DNA of 64,000 bases from an uncultured Methanolobus sp. (GCA_963675495.1 OY776215.1:2176001-2240000), one strand, 5' to 3'; counted from the first letter of the stretch, positions 42,475-52,818 are shown. Translations and numbers: made by a program. The notes: generated from the sequence alone by a model not told the origin.

Positions 42475-43025
42475 TGGAAATAGTAATAGGTATCAGCGGG
42501 GCATCTGGTTCTGCTTATGGGATTCGTCTACTGGAGATACTTTCAAAGACAGACATTATGACCCACCTGGTCATAACAAGGGCTGCAAAGCAGATAATCG
42601 AGATAGAAACAGACTATGAGCTAAGTTACGTCGAAGGACTTGCAGATGCATTATACGATGAAAGTGATTTCACAGCTCCTATTGCAAGTGGTTCTCACAA
42701 GTTCGATGGGATGGTAGTTGCACCGTGCAGTATGAAGACGCTTGGGGAGATCTCAGGGGGGATGTCTGATAACCTGCTTGGAAGGGTTGCTGATGTTTGT
42801 CTAAAAGAGAGGAGAAAACTCGTCCTGATGCCGCGGGAAACTCCTCTGAGTCAGATACACCTTGAAAATATGCTCCGTCTTGAAAGGGCTGGCGGGATTA
42901 TTCTTCCTGCATCCCCTGGATTCTATTCAAGGCCGCAGACAATTGATGATCTTGTGAATTCAATGGCAGGACGCGCCCTGGACCTGATGGGCATTGACAA
43001 TGAAGTATACGAACGCTGGGGATGA
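42474..43025 (+). CDS. ubiX: flavin prenyltransferase UbiX
   Basis: GISGASG, IASGS, PCSMKTL, LKERR..RETP and PGFY. Confidence 0.95.
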   Translation: MEIVIGISGASGSAYGIRLLEILSKTDIMTHLVITRAAKQIIEIETDYELSYVEGLADALYDESDFTAPIASGSHKFDGMVVAPCSMKTLGEISGGMSDNLLGRVADVCLKERRKLVLMPRETPLSQIHLENMLRLERAGGIILPASPGFYSRPQTIDDLVNSMAGRALDLMGIDNEVYERWG

Positions 43026-43222
43026 TAAGGCTCAATCCTGTCGTTTCAGAAGACCGATTGTAATAAAATACTTTTTGAGACTAATGGGGTTTCTTACAAC
43101 ACCCATTTTCTTGTCAAAACGCTTTTTTCATTGATTTTTTCTACATTTTTGCCCATGGTATCCTCATTCTCACGAAACCTTTTTATGCGATAACTGCTAT
43201 TTCAGAGCTACCCCTTCTGATT

Positions 43223-43300
43223 GGGATAGTAGGGTAGCTTGGTCCATCCTCGAGCGTTTGGGACGCTTGGACTGCGGTTCAAATCCGCGCTATCCCACCA
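43223..43300 (+). tRNA. tRNA-Pro(TGG)
   Basis: Acceptor GGGATAG/CTATCCC; anticodon arm GAGCG-TTTGGGA-CGCTT; TTCAAAT T-loop; encoded CCA. Confidence 0.96.
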
Positions 43301-43395
43301 GAATTTTTTTAATTGTTTATAGCGTTGATTTTCAATATTTTGTAGATTTTTACATGGATTAGTTTTATAACATATACGTAGTGAATAATGTCCCC

Positions 43396-43677
43396 ATGGC
43401 AAACGTTAAGGTGAAACTTTTTGCAAACTTAAGAGAGATTGCACAAACATCCTCATTAACACTTACAGGAGATTCTGTAAAGGACGTTCTGTTTTCCCTT
43501 ACAGAACAGTACCCTCCTTTGAATGAACTCATATTTGAAACAGGTGAAGACGTGAAACTTTGCGGTTACATCAATGTGTTTCTTAATGGAAACAACATCA
43601 AACACATGGAAGGACTGGCTACTATTCTTAATGACGATGATGAACTGGGAGTCTTTCCTCCTGTATCAGGCGGATGA
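43396..43677 (+). CDS. moaD: MoaD/SAMP1 ubiquitin-like sulfur carrier
   Basis: VKLFANLRE and C-terminal FPPVSGG. Confidence 0.92.
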   Translation: MANVKVKLFANLREIAQTSSLTLTGDSVKDVLFSLTEQYPPLNELIFETGEDVKLCGYINVFLNGNNIKHMEGLATILNDDDELGVFPPVSGG

Positions 43678-43698
43678 ATCACACCGGATGGGACAAGA

Positions 43699-44883
43699 AT
43701 GATATTCAGAGAACGTACCGATGTCGGTAAAGCAAAAGAGATGTTCCTTGGGCAGATAACAGGGACAGAAAAAATAGAGAAACTCCCTGCAACATCATCT
43801 ATAGGCAGGGTGCTTTCAACAAGTATACTTGCACCACGTAACGTACCACACTACCGCCGTTCTGCCATGGATGGCTTTGCAGTCCGATCAGTGGATCTTA
43901 TGGGGGCGTCACCTACAAATCCAGTGATGTTGAGCGTATCAGATGTGATCATGGAAGGCACATGTGTTCCTGTAAATACTGGAGATTATGTTCCAGACGA
44001 CTCGGATGCTGTACTCATGATGGAAGATACAATTTCCATCGGGGATATGATTGAGATTCGGGCACAGGTACACCCCGGCAAGAACGTGGGTGAGATAGGG
44101 GAAGACGTCAGGAAGAATGAGATCATATTCAATAAAAGTCATCTTCTCAGGCCATGCGATATTGCTGTGCTTGCATCCCTTGGAATTATTGATGTGAAAG
44201 TATATGTGAAACCCGTTGTTGCAATCATTCCCACAGGTAACGACCTCCTGCCGCTGCCAGGGGATGATGTTCCAGCTCCCGGGAAAACACTGGACATAAA
44301 TAGCCTTATGATAGGGAAATATGTTGAAAAATGGGGTGGAGTTGCGCGATATTGCAATATTATTCCTGAGGATAAACACCTCATAGAAGATGCCATCAAG
44401 GCCAATCTTGACACCGATATGATGGTTATATCCGGTGGAACTTCAGTAGGGGAGAAAGATTATGTCCCTGCGGTAGTTGAAAAACTGGGCACCAAACTTG
44501 TTCATGGTGTTGGACTTAGTCCTGGAAAACCTACTGCTTTGGGAGTTGCAGATAATGTGCCAATACTCTGCATGCCAGGATACCCTGCAGCAGGTCTTGT
44601 AGCACTTTTTGCATTTGGGAAACCGGCACTGAGAAAGGCAGGGAATATTCCTGATATCCCTGATACTAAAGTAAATGCCACATTGAGCGGTAAAATAATG
44701 TCAAGAGAAGGATATGTCAGTTATGCAAGGGTTATCCTCGAGGGCAATATCGCTCATCCGCTCATGACAGCAGGTGCAGGTATATTGAGTTCCATTGCAA
44801 AATCAGACGGTTTCGTTATAATCCCTGAGAATGTGGAGGGATGCGAAGAAGGAAGCCAAGTGGACGTTGTGCTCATTGAATAG
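43699..44883 (+). CDS. moeA: molybdopterin molybdotransferase
   Basis: SAMDGFAV, SGGTSVG and PGKP..PGYP. Confidence 0.95.
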   Translation: MIFRERTDVGKAKEMFLGQITGTEKIEKLPATSSIGRVLSTSILAPRNVPHYRRSAMDGFAVRSVDLMGASPTNPVMLSVSDVIMEGTCVPVNTGDYVPDDSDAVLMMEDTISIGDMIEIRAQVHPGKNVGEIGEDVRKNEIIFNKSHLLRPCDIAVLASLGIIDVKVYVKPVVAIIPTGNDLLPLPGDDVPAPGKTLDINSLMIGKYVEKWGGVARYCNIIPEDKHLIEDAIKANLDTDMMVISGGTSVGEKDYVPAVVEKLGTKLVHGVGLSPGKPTALGVADNVPILCMPGYPAAGLVALFAFGKPALRKAGNIPDIPDTKVNATLSGKIMSREGYVSYARVILEGNIAHPLMTAGAGILSSIAKSDGFVIIPENVEGCEEGSQVDVVLIE

Positions 44884-45277
44884 TAATTCTTCCATAACTC
44901 AGGCCTTTGAGCTCCTGACAATAGGTGCAGGAGGATTTTTAGGGGCAATTTCACGATTAATTATTGCAGGTCAGTTCGAGCCTGCATCAGGTACTCTCGT
45001 AGTTAATGTTCTTGGGAGCATATTGCTTGGTATTTTGATGTATAACTCCGAATATCTGAGTTATGTGTCGCCAAGAACCCGCTTGTTCTTCGGTATTGGT
45101 TTTCTGGGTTCGCTTACAACCTTTTCCACATTTACGGTCCAGACATTCCAGATGTCGTTTCTTGAAGCGGCATTCAATGTCCTTGCAAATCTATTCCTGA
45201 CACTTGGGGGAGTATTCACGGGAAGGGGTATCGTTGTATCTATTGTAAAAAGGAGAGAAGGAAGCAGTGGTCTCTGA
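44876..45277 (+). CDS. crcB: fluoride channel Fluc/CrcB, copy 1 (start approximate)
   Basis: GAGGFLGAISR, GTLVVN and GFLGSLTTFSTF. Confidence 0.9.
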   Translation: MNSNSSITQAFELLTIGAGGFLGAISRLIIAGQFEPASGTLVVNVLGSILLGILMYNSEYLSYVSPRTRLFFGIGFLGSLTTFSTFTVQTFQMSFLEAAFNVLANLFLTLGGVFTGRGIVVSIVKRREGSSGL

Positions 45278-45620
45278 AATCCTGCTTGTAGGCACAGGTG
45301 GCTTCATCGGTGCAATACTCCGATATCTTGTGTCTGGTGCAATTCCCCGAATAAATGAAATCCCGTCTGGAACTCTTGCTGTGAATGCGATTGGCAGTTT
45401 TGTGCTGGCAGCAGTGACCTTTTCGTCTGTTGAAGGGTCTCTCCGGTTCTTTGTTGGCGTTGGAATGCTTGGTTCTTTCACTACTTTCTCGACCTTTGCA
45501 TACGAAAGTTTCAAGTTGCTTGAAGAGGGGGAAAACGAGTACTTTTTAATGAATGTGTTCCTCAATGTAATTGTATGTCTCTGTGCAGCGTTTCTGGCAT
45601 ACAGGATAACTATTCCATAA
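45267..45620 (+). CDS. crcB: fluoride channel Fluc/CrcB, copy 2
   Basis: GGFIGAILRY, GTLAVN and GSFTTFSTF. Confidence 0.92.
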   Translation: MVSEILLVGTGGFIGAILRYLVSGAIPRINEIPSGTLAVNAIGSFVLAAVTFSSVEGSLRFFVGVGMLGSFTTFSTFAYESFKLLEEGENEYFLMNVFLNVIVCLCAAFLAYRITIP

Positions 45621-45655
45621 GCCTGCTTCTCCCTCCTTTAATATCAAATGCACAC

Positions 45656-46729
45656 TTAGATTATATTATAATTCAACATTAGTGCCAGTAGTATAAGGAT
45701 CACGCCTGTTATAATGCGTATTTCTACGCGCCTTTTTTCCCTTATCTCATTGACCTTTTTTGGATCAAGGCCAAATGCAAGAAGCGCTCCAAGGATCAAT
45801 ATTGGTAAAATGACGCCTAGATTATAGAGTGCCATATACAGTGTGCCTTCCAGAATATTGTCGCCTGATATGAGCATCTCAAGGATCATCAGGTATACTG
45901 CACCTACACAGGGAGCTTTAACGAGGGAGAACAGACTTCCTCCTAAAAATGATATTAGCACAATGTTCCTGCCTTCTGCTTTGCCCATGAGGTCAATGAA
46001 TGAGTGAGGGGTTTTAAATGAGGATCTTGAGTGCTTTTTAATGTAGTATGCATCGTAAAGATGCCACAATCCAAGGATAGCTACCAGTAAGACCATCATA
46101 GTTGTGATCGTTTCCCTTATTCCCGGGAAGTAACTGATTGTGTTCAGTATGCCAAAACCCACAATCATGTAAGTTACAAATATGCCGGAGCAAAAACCTG
46201 TAACAAGAATAAGCATATCTTTGCGTGAGCCGCCTGATGAAACTATAACTGATGCCAGAAAGGCCATAACTGCAATGAGGCACGGGTTGAATCCGGCAAG
46301 CAGGCCTGCGATGAATATGGCAAGAGGGGTCTGTGAATCTGTGTCCCAACCAGCTGAGTAGTTTGAAAGATTCGGGCTTGCAAGGTCTGAAATTGGTGGT
46401 GCTGTTTCAATGCCTTCAGAAAGCATAGTTTCAAATAAATTAATATCGCCTTTATAGTCTTCATAATTAATTACAATACTTTTGTTAATGACAACAGCAG
46501 GAACTGTACTCACTCTGTATTGATTTGCCAGGCTGAAAAAAGCTGTTATCTCATATTCAGAGAAGTTTATGTTGGGATTTTGGGAAATTACTTTTTCAAT
46601 TACTGGTGAAGCCTGCTCGCACTTAAGGCATCCGCTTTCATAAAAATATTCGACTGATGTATCTCCGGCCTGCGCTATTCCTGTTGTAAGTGCCAGTAAT
46701 AGAATCAGAGTGAAAATTGTGCTGTGCAT
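45656..46729 (-). CDS. thioredoxin-like + CcdA/DsbD-type membrane protein
   Basis: Signal peptide from ATG 46729; CLKC and VP in an N-terminal Trx fold; TM domain with FNPC and APC. Confidence 0.82.
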   Translation of the reverse strand: MHSTIFTLILLLALTTGIAQAGDTSVEYFYESGCLKCEQASPVIEKVISQNPNINFSEYEITAFFSLANQYRVSTVPAVVINKSIVINYEDYKGDINLFETMLSEGIETAPPISDLASPNLSNYSAGWDTDSQTPLAIFIAGLLAGFNPCLIAVMAFLASVIVSSGGSRKDMLILVTGFCSGIFVTYMIVGFGILNTISYFPGIRETITTMMVLLVAILGLWHLYDAYYIKKHSRSSFKTPHSFIDLMGKAEGRNIVLISFLGGSLFSLVKAPCVGAVYLMILEMLISGDNILEGTLYMALYNLGVILPILILGALLAFGLDPKKVNEIREKRRVEIRIITGVILILLALMLNYNII

Positions 46730-46736
46730 TGTCAGT

Positions 46737-47162
46737 TTAGTGACAGGATAATGACGCACAGGTCTTTTTATCATATTCACTTTCCAGAACGGATTTGGTA
46801 CTCACTTCCAGAAGCTCGCCGTTGATAGCGGAAACATATCCTTCTATCACATAGAGGTCCTTTATGGTTGAACATGCACAACTACGTTCCATTATCTCTA
46901 CCTTCCAGACCCCGCTTTTTGGGGTAGTGTAGTTGGGGGCATTCTCAATAAGCGAAGTAGATGTGACTCTCCATTCCTCTACCTCGAAATTCGATGAATA
47001 ATACGCAGCTGCATCAGGGTCACTCATTACTATTTCTACTGCCTGGGCAGATTTGATACCGGGACCGCTGGATCCAGGTCCAAGTAGAATGTATGCACCC
47101 ACAATACCGATACAGGCCACAGCAGCCAGTGCCACGATAAATATGGGTTTTATTTTTTCCAT
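46737..47162 (-). CDS. membrane-anchored protein, PepSY-like, C-terminal CX4CH
   Basis: N-terminal TM; AVEIV..WKVEI..VSAINGELL; CAC and terminal CASLSCH. Confidence 0.7.
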   Translation of the reverse strand: MEKIKPIFIVALAAVACIGIVGAYILLGPGSSGPGIKSAQAVEIVMSDPDAAAYYSSNFEVEEWRVTSTSLIENAPNYTTPKSGVWKVEIMERSCACSTIKDLYVIEGYVSAINGELLEVSTKSVLESEYDKKTCASLSCH

Positions 47163-47305
47163 AAATGTTATTGTAATCACAATTATGCTATAAATGTTGC
47201 TAAATAGAACGTATGCAAAATGCGTTGTAATAGCTTTGCTATTTATAGACAGGGGACAAATGTAACATTATTGAATAAATGCACTATACGGGATAGAAGG
47301 GAATA

Positions 47306-47644
47306 ATGGCCATGAAGACCTTGCTTTTGAGGATATATCTTAGTGAGAACGACAAATATAAAGGAAAAACCGCGCATCATGCAGTCATAGAGTTCCTTAA
47401 AGAGCATGGGATTGCGGGTGCTACGGTCCATCACTGTATAGAGGGATATGGTATGCATCATAAGATACACACTGCAAGTGTTTTAAGGCTTGGGACCGAT
47501 CTGCCGGTAATAGTGCAGGCCGTGGACCTGGAAGAAAAAATAAGGGACCTTATTCCGAAACTCAAAGAACTACTGCCCACGGAACTTATGATCGTTCAGG
47601 ATGTGGAGGTCGTTTCGGGAGAAGGCTTTAAAGACGATATTTAG
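47306..47644 (+). CDS. DUF190 (PII-like) protein
   Basis: LRIYLSE, GIAGATV..EGYG and DLPVIV. Confidence 0.9.
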   Translation: MAMKTLLLRIYLSENDKYKGKTAHHAVIEFLKEHGIAGATVHHCIEGYGMHHKIHTASVLRLGTDLPVIVQAVDLEEKIRDLIPKLKELLPTELMIVQDVEVVSGEGFKDDI

Positions 47645-47654
47645 GATATATTGC

Positions 47655-47915
47655 TTATCTATAGAGCACCACTGTACTTCCCCTTACATCTATAAGGGTA
47701 GTCTTGGTTGCCTCTGCAAGTTTTTCTGCAGATGCTTTGATGTCCTCTCCTTCAGCACTGGTCTTTAGCATCTTTATTTTGATAAGACGATTTGCTTTCA
47801 CCTGTTTTTTTATCTCTTCCAGAACAGATTCGGTAATTCCGTTCTTCCCTATATTGAGGATTGGTTTGATCTTTGTAGCCTCGGTTCTTAGTTGATATAT
47901 TTTATCTTTTTCCAT
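47655..47915 (-). CDS. yhbY: YhbY/CRM RNA-binding protein
   Basis: IGKNGIT, LIKIK and RGSTVVLYR. Confidence 0.9.
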   Translation of the reverse strand: MEKDKIYQLRTEATKIKPILNIGKNGITESVLEEIKKQVKANRLIKIKMLKTSAEGEDIKASAEKLAEATKTTLIDVRGSTVVLYR

Positions 47916-48051
47916 TATGATACACCTGATAAGTAGTTCGATATAAATGATTCAATTGTAATATAGTATAAAAAGTATGTCCATTAACAGACAAAATTGG
48001 TATGATATTCCAGAGAATATTCTATAAATCCGGGCATATTGAAAAAGAGTA

Positions 48052-48750
48052 TTATGTTCTCTTAAGGGATATCTCCGTCCCATCAATACTGTACTCGAAC
48101 CATGGGGTAGGTTTTGATGTCATTCCTACGACTCTCATTGCGTAAGAATCTCCTACTGCCTTGATCTCGATCATGCCATCAAAAAGCTGCTTCAGCGTGG
48201 CTATGGTTTGAGTATCATGCATTCCGTCTTCTACAACATAGATCCCAAATCCATTGGCTGCCTTAACCCTTCCGGTAAACACATGGAGGAATCTGAAAAC
48301 AGTCTGTATGTTAGAATACATGAGGATGGTAGACAGTGAATTGATGCATAAATGAATTTTTTTCTTCTGCTTTTTAACCAGCATTTCTTCAAAGAACTGG
48401 CTGATTTTGACCCCAATTCCTGTCAGGTCTACGGGACTTGATGTCCTCTTGATCTTATCGGTGTCTGCCGCACTCAATCCAAGTGTTTTGGTTACACAAT
48501 CAACGATGCCCATATCAGCATTTGGAATGTCCATTCCATTATCTTCAAACCAACCAAGTACACGTTCTCCAGGTTCGCGTGTTGAAACAATTATCGCTGA
48601 ATCGTCTGAATCCTGACTCTTAAAAATGATTGCATCCAACAGTTCGTCTTTTCGGCTCATAGGTGGACCTATCATCATTAGATTTGTTCCTTCCCGGATG
48701 TTGCCAAGTAATTCATCCAGTTCCTTGATGCCTAAAGAGTAGCCGGACAT
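48052..48750 (-). CDS. RAD55/KaiC-like RecA-fold protein with degenerate Walker A
   Basis: LGIKELD, GPPMSRKD, SPVDLTGIG, SLSTILMY and LFDGMIE. Confidence 0.85.
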   Translation of the reverse strand: MSGYSLGIKELDELLGNIREGTNLMMIGPPMSRKDELLDAIIFKSQDSDDSAIIVSTREPGERVLGWFEDNGMDIPNADMGIVDCVTKTLGLSAADTDKIKRTSSPVDLTGIGVKISQFFEEMLVKKQKKKIHLCINSLSTILMYSNIQTVFRFLHVFTGRVKAANGFGIYVVEDGMHDTQTIATLKQLFDGMIEIKAVGDSYAMRVVGMTSKPTPWFEYSIDGTEISLKRT

Positions 48751-48923
48751 GTTTCCCTCTTCATTGGGATTGTATATAGGATTTGCCCTTTAATGCAGTT
48801 CCTGTTTTCCATTAAAGGTGTTATTAAAGATATATGAGTCATTCTATATATAAATTTTAACATATATAAATGTGCCTTTTACATCTCCTACTATCTTAAA
48901 TATGTGCTATGAATCATCTTTGC

Positions 48924-49463
48924 TTACTGGCGGGCATGTTTAATTACATGGCCGGTTTCAGGAAGAATTATTTCACTCAATGCCAGCTCAACTGCTGCTG
49001 GGGAGCCTGGTATGCAGAAAAGTACTTTTCCTTTCAATATTCCTGCTGATGCTCGTGTCAGAATAATGGAGCTTCCAATTTGTTCTATACTTTTGTATCT
49101 GAATAGTTCTCCAAAACCTGGCATTTCTTTCTCAAACATCGGAACAAGTGATTCTATAGTTATGTCCTTTGAAGCCAGGCCGGTGCCACCACTTGTTATT
49201 ATGATATCGGCATTTGATCCAAGGGCATGATTTACAGATTCTATGATCATAGAAGGGTCATCGGAAACAAGCTCATATTTTGAGACACTATGCCCTTTTG
49301 AAAGGACAAGTTCCATCATCTTTCTTCCAGAAAGATCATCTGCATCATCCGGGGATATAACATTGCCGTATTTCTCATACCTTGAAGTTGAGATTGTGAT
49401 CAAACAAAATGAGTATGAATTGTCAACATCTCTTTTGTGTTCTCTTGTTGTCGGGCTACTCAT
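48924..49463 (-). CDS. moaB: MoaB/MogA molybdopterin adenylyltransferase
   Basis: DLSG, SGGTG..DIT, PGFGELFR and PGSP. Confidence 0.92.
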   Translation of the reverse strand: MSSPTTREHKRDVDNSYSFCLITISTSRYEKYGNVISPDDADDLSGRKMMELVLSKGHSVSKYELVSDDPSMIIESVNHALGSNADIIITSGGTGLASKDITIESLVPMFEKEMPGFGELFRYKSIEQIGSSIILTRASAGILKGKVLFCIPGSPAAVELALSEIILPETGHVIKHARQ

Positions 49464-49510
49464 ACAAAGTGTTTATACCTTAATAAGTATAAGAATGGCT
49501 CGATATAAGC

Positions 49511-50566
49511 ATGAAAATACTTGCAATTGATGTTGGCACAGGTACTCAGGATATACTTCTGCACGATACAGAGAAAGAAGTCGAAAACAGTCTTGTGATG
49601 GTTATGCCATCTCCCACTGTCATTATTAGTGAAAGGATAAAAAAGGCAACCACCAAAGGTAAAGATGTCTTCCTCAAAGGGGATGTCATGGGTGGGGGAC
49701 CTTCTGTAAAGGCTATCCGCAGCCATATTGAAAGAGGCTATAGGGTCTATGCCACTGAAAAAGCTGCCCTTACAATAAAGGACGACCTTGAAAAAGTAAG
49801 ATCAATGGGTATCAACATAGTAAATGATAGTGATGTCATACCGAAAGGTCTGGAAGAGATTATTCTACAGGATATAGACCTTAATTCAATTGAAAATGCA
49901 TTGAGTAGCTTCGGAGTGTCTATGCCTGATAAGATCGCTGTGGCGGTACAGGATCATGGTAACTCGCCCGATATCAGCAATCGCGTTTATAGATTCAGGA
50001 TATTCGAGAGGCTTATTGATGAGGGTGGGGAGTTCAGTAAATTTGCCTACGGGGGAGATATTGTTCCTGAAGAATTTACCCGTATGGCATCAGTAGCACG
50101 TACACTTGCTAAAAAGGATGCTGTTATAATGGATACAGGCCCTGCAGCGATATTTGGTGCACTTCTTGACCCGAAGGCTATACAACCTGCCCTCGTAGTG
50201 AATATAGGCAACGGTCACACTCTTGCAGCGATAGTAAAAGATAATAAAATGTTAGCTCTGTTCGAACATCATACTTCTGCCCTTGATGGGAAGAAGTTGC
50301 AACAACACATCATTGATTTTTCATGTGGAAAACTTGGATTTCAGGATGTTTTCGATGAAGGTGGGCATGGATGCTACATAAAGGAAATTCTGGGTTATGG
50401 TGAGATAAAATCTGTGATGGTTACGGGTCCAAGACGCAATATCCTGCAGAATATGGATGATGAAGACAAAGATGCTACTCTCTGGCACAAACTTCATTTC
50501 GCTGCCCCTTTTGGAAATATGATGCTCTCTGGTTGCTATGGGTTACTGTTGCCTCAACTGGAGTAG
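49511..50566 (+). CDS. DUF1786-family ASKHA-fold protein
   Basis: DVGTGTQD, MGGGP, VQDHG, NIGNGHT and FEHHT. Confidence 0.85.
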   Translation: MKILAIDVGTGTQDILLHDTEKEVENSLVMVMPSPTVIISERIKKATTKGKDVFLKGDVMGGGPSVKAIRSHIERGYRVYATEKAALTIKDDLEKVRSMGINIVNDSDVIPKGLEEIILQDIDLNSIENALSSFGVSMPDKIAVAVQDHGNSPDISNRVYRFRIFERLIDEGGEFSKFAYGGDIVPEEFTRMASVARTLAKKDAVIMDTGPAAIFGALLDPKAIQPALVVNIGNGHTLAAIVKDNKMLALFEHHTSALDGKKLQQHIIDFSCGKLGFQDVFDEGGHGCYIKEILGYGEIKSVMVTGPRRNILQNMDDEDKDATLWHKLHFAAPFGNMMLSGCYGLLLPQLE

Positions 50567-50760
50567 TATGGCAAAATCAGCGATAAGACTTATAAACTCC
50601 AAGGTAGTATGAGGACAGCCATCGAGATTAATCTATTTTGTTGATGGGCAACATCAACAAATACAAATATATACATATCAATTAAGGTACAAAAAAATCG
50701 GCAGTACTATTTATAGTATCATGCTTTATTGCAATAATCAACTCAAGGAGATTTTAATTC

Positions 50761-51279
50761 ATGGTAAGAAAACCAGCAAGTATGTACAGGAACGTAAGAC
50801 AGCGCTCATTCACCAGAAAGAAGTACATGGGTGGTGTCCCGGGTAGTCAGGTCATTCACTACGACATGGGTAATAAGAGCGCCGAGTTTCCGGTCAAGGT
50901 TACACTCATAGCAAAAGAGAGATGCCAACTCACACACAAGTCACTTGAAGCTGCACGTATTACCTCAAACCGTGCAATGACAGGTGCTGCAGGAAGATCT
51001 GGTTACCACATCAAACTGAGAGTTTACCCACACGAGGTCCTCAGGGAGAACAAGCAGGCTACCGGAGCAGGTGCAGACCGTGTATCAAGTGGTATGCGTG
51101 GAGCATATGGGAAGAATGTAGGAACTGCAGCAAGAGTTTCAGCAGGTCAGAAGATCTTCACGATCTCTGTAAACAAAGAGCACTTTGCAGTGGCAAAGGA
51201 TGCACTTCGAAAAGCAGGCCAGAAATTGCCAACTCCTGTCAGGATCGTAGTCGATCAGGGCTTGGAACTTGTGCAATAA
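50761..51279 (+). CDS. rpl10e: 50S ribosomal protein uL16 (L10e)
   Basis: [26 protein letters not shown] and KLP. Confidence 0.97.
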   Translation: MVRKPASMYRNVRQRSFTRKKYMGGVPGSQVIHYDMGNKSAEFPVKVTLIAKERCQLTHKSLEAARITSNRAMTGAAGRSGYHIKLRVYPHEVLRENKQATGAGADRVSSGMRGAYGKNVGTAARVSAGQKIFTISVNKEHFAVAKDALRKAGQKLPTPVRIVVDQGLELVQ

Positions 51280-51306
51280 GTGAATAATAACAACGAGGGA
51301 TTTAAG

Positions 51307-51915
51307 ATGGAAGATTACGAAGCGCTTCTGGATCGTGCAATAGCAAACTTACCCGACATGGAGACTACGGATGCCCGTTTCGTAATCCCTGAGCCTAGAA
51401 TCATGATGGAAGGTAAGACCACGATCCTTGATAATTTCAATAACATTGCTGATGTCATGAACAGGGCTCCTGATCATGTGATGAAATACCTCACACGTGA
51501 AATGGGTACTGCAGGCAAGATCGATGGAATGAGAGCGATATTCCAGGGAAGGTTCTCAAAAGACCAGATCAAGGCTAACATCGAAGCATATGTTGAAGAA
51601 TTCGTCATGTGTTCAGAATGTGGAAGACCTGACACTCAACTTATGAAAATGGATCGTATCATGGTTTTGAAATGTGCAGCTTGTGGAGCACACAGACCAG
51701 TGAAGAAAAGACGAGCCAGTGCACCTGTCAAACAGGACGCCATTGAAGAAGGCAAAGAATACGATGTTCGTATCGATGCTGTTGGGTCCAAGGGTGACGG
51801 GATTGCAAAGATGGACAGGTTCACCATCTTCGTACCAGGTGCTGCAAAGGGTGAGACTCTCAAGATAAGAATCAAGAGAATCAGCGGAACCCTTGCATTC
51901 GCCGAGAAAGTATGA
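51307..51915 (+). CDS. eif2b: translation initiation factor 2 beta with C-terminal TRAM domain
   Basis: [23 protein letters not shown] and [14 protein letters not shown]. Confidence 0.95.
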   Translation: MEDYEALLDRAIANLPDMETTDARFVIPEPRIMMEGKTTILDNFNNIADVMNRAPDHVMKYLTREMGTAGKIDGMRAIFQGRFSKDQIKANIEAYVEEFVMCSECGRPDTQLMKMDRIMVLKCAACGAHRPVKKRRASAPVKQDAIEEGKEYDVRIDAVGSKGDGIAKMDRFTIFVPGAAKGETLKIRIKRISGTLAFAEKV

Positions 51916-52032
51916 TGTCTGATCAAACAGGCATCAATCATCTTTTTTTAAATAGTTTTTTAAGAAATAGTTATATATTAATAGTGCTATAAATGTATAG
52001 AATTACTTGAAAGTAATTCTCCGAGGGAACAT

Positions 52033-52818
52033 ATGGCACGAGTAGCAACAGGAATACCTGGATTTGATGAACTTATAGAAGGTGGGTTCATCGAAAACGA
52101 TGTAATTCTCCTGACAGGGGGGCCTGGTGCAGGAAAGTCGACTTTTGGTTCACAATACCTGTATTCAGGAATCATCAACTACAATGAACCGGGAGTCTAC
52201 GTTACATTTGAAGAAACGCCTGCTCGTATAATGAGAAATATGTGGAGGCATGGGTGGGACATGGAACGTCTCGTAAAGGAAAATAAACTCCGCATAATAC
52301 GGGTCGATCCAATTGCATATGATCGCTACATAAAAAAGACCATGGAGCCTGATAAGCAAGGCGATCATGAAAATGCAACATTGGAAACCGTGCTGAAACA
52401 GATCTATGCCAGCATCAGGGAAATTGATGCAAAGCGTTTGTTCATTGATTCAATGACATCTTTAAAGATATCTCCGGATCCTGTGAATGTGAGGCATATT
52501 GTCCTTGAGTTCATCAAGAATGTTGAGAGTTTTGATTGTACCACTCTGATAACTAGTGAAATAAATAAGGATCCTGAAAATTTCAGTGTTGAGGAATACC
52601 TTGCCGAAGGAGTTATCTGCCTTAAGGTATTCAGAATTGGTGGAGAAAGGATCAGATCCCTTGAGATATTAAAAATGCGGGGTGTGAAGCATGATGAAGT
52701 ACTTCGTCCGTATATAATTGCTGACAAAGGAATTGTTGTTTATTCATCCGAATCTGTTATAGGCAAGGAAGCTGATGTATTCTCCCTTGAAAGATGTTCG
52801 ATCTTAGGGGAAGAGTAG
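52033..52818 (+). CDS. single-domain KaiC/RAD55-family ATPase
   Basis: TGIPGFD, GGPGAGKS, FEE, IDS and ILKMRG. Confidence 0.9.
   Translation: MARVATGIPGFDELIEGGFIENDVILLTGGPGAGKSTFGSQYLYSGIINYNEPGVYVTFEETPARIMRNMWRHGWDMERLVKENKLRIIRVDPIAYDRYIKKTMEPDKQGDHENATLETVLKQIYASIREIDAKRLFIDSMTSLKISPDPVNVRHIVLEFIKNVESFDCTTLITSEINKDPENFSVEEYLAEGVICLKVFRIGGERIRSLEILKMRGVKHDEVLRPYIIADKGIVVYSSESVIGKEADVFSLERCSILGEE

Noticed and set aside
43026-44876. Fluoride riboswitch upstream of crcB
   Set aside because: No recognisable motif by eye, and crcB1 overlaps moeA, leaving no leader
50567-50760. Hairpin CCATCGA/TTGATGG upstream of rpl10e as a possible sRNA or leader
   Set aside because: Single weak stem; not enough support without comparative data
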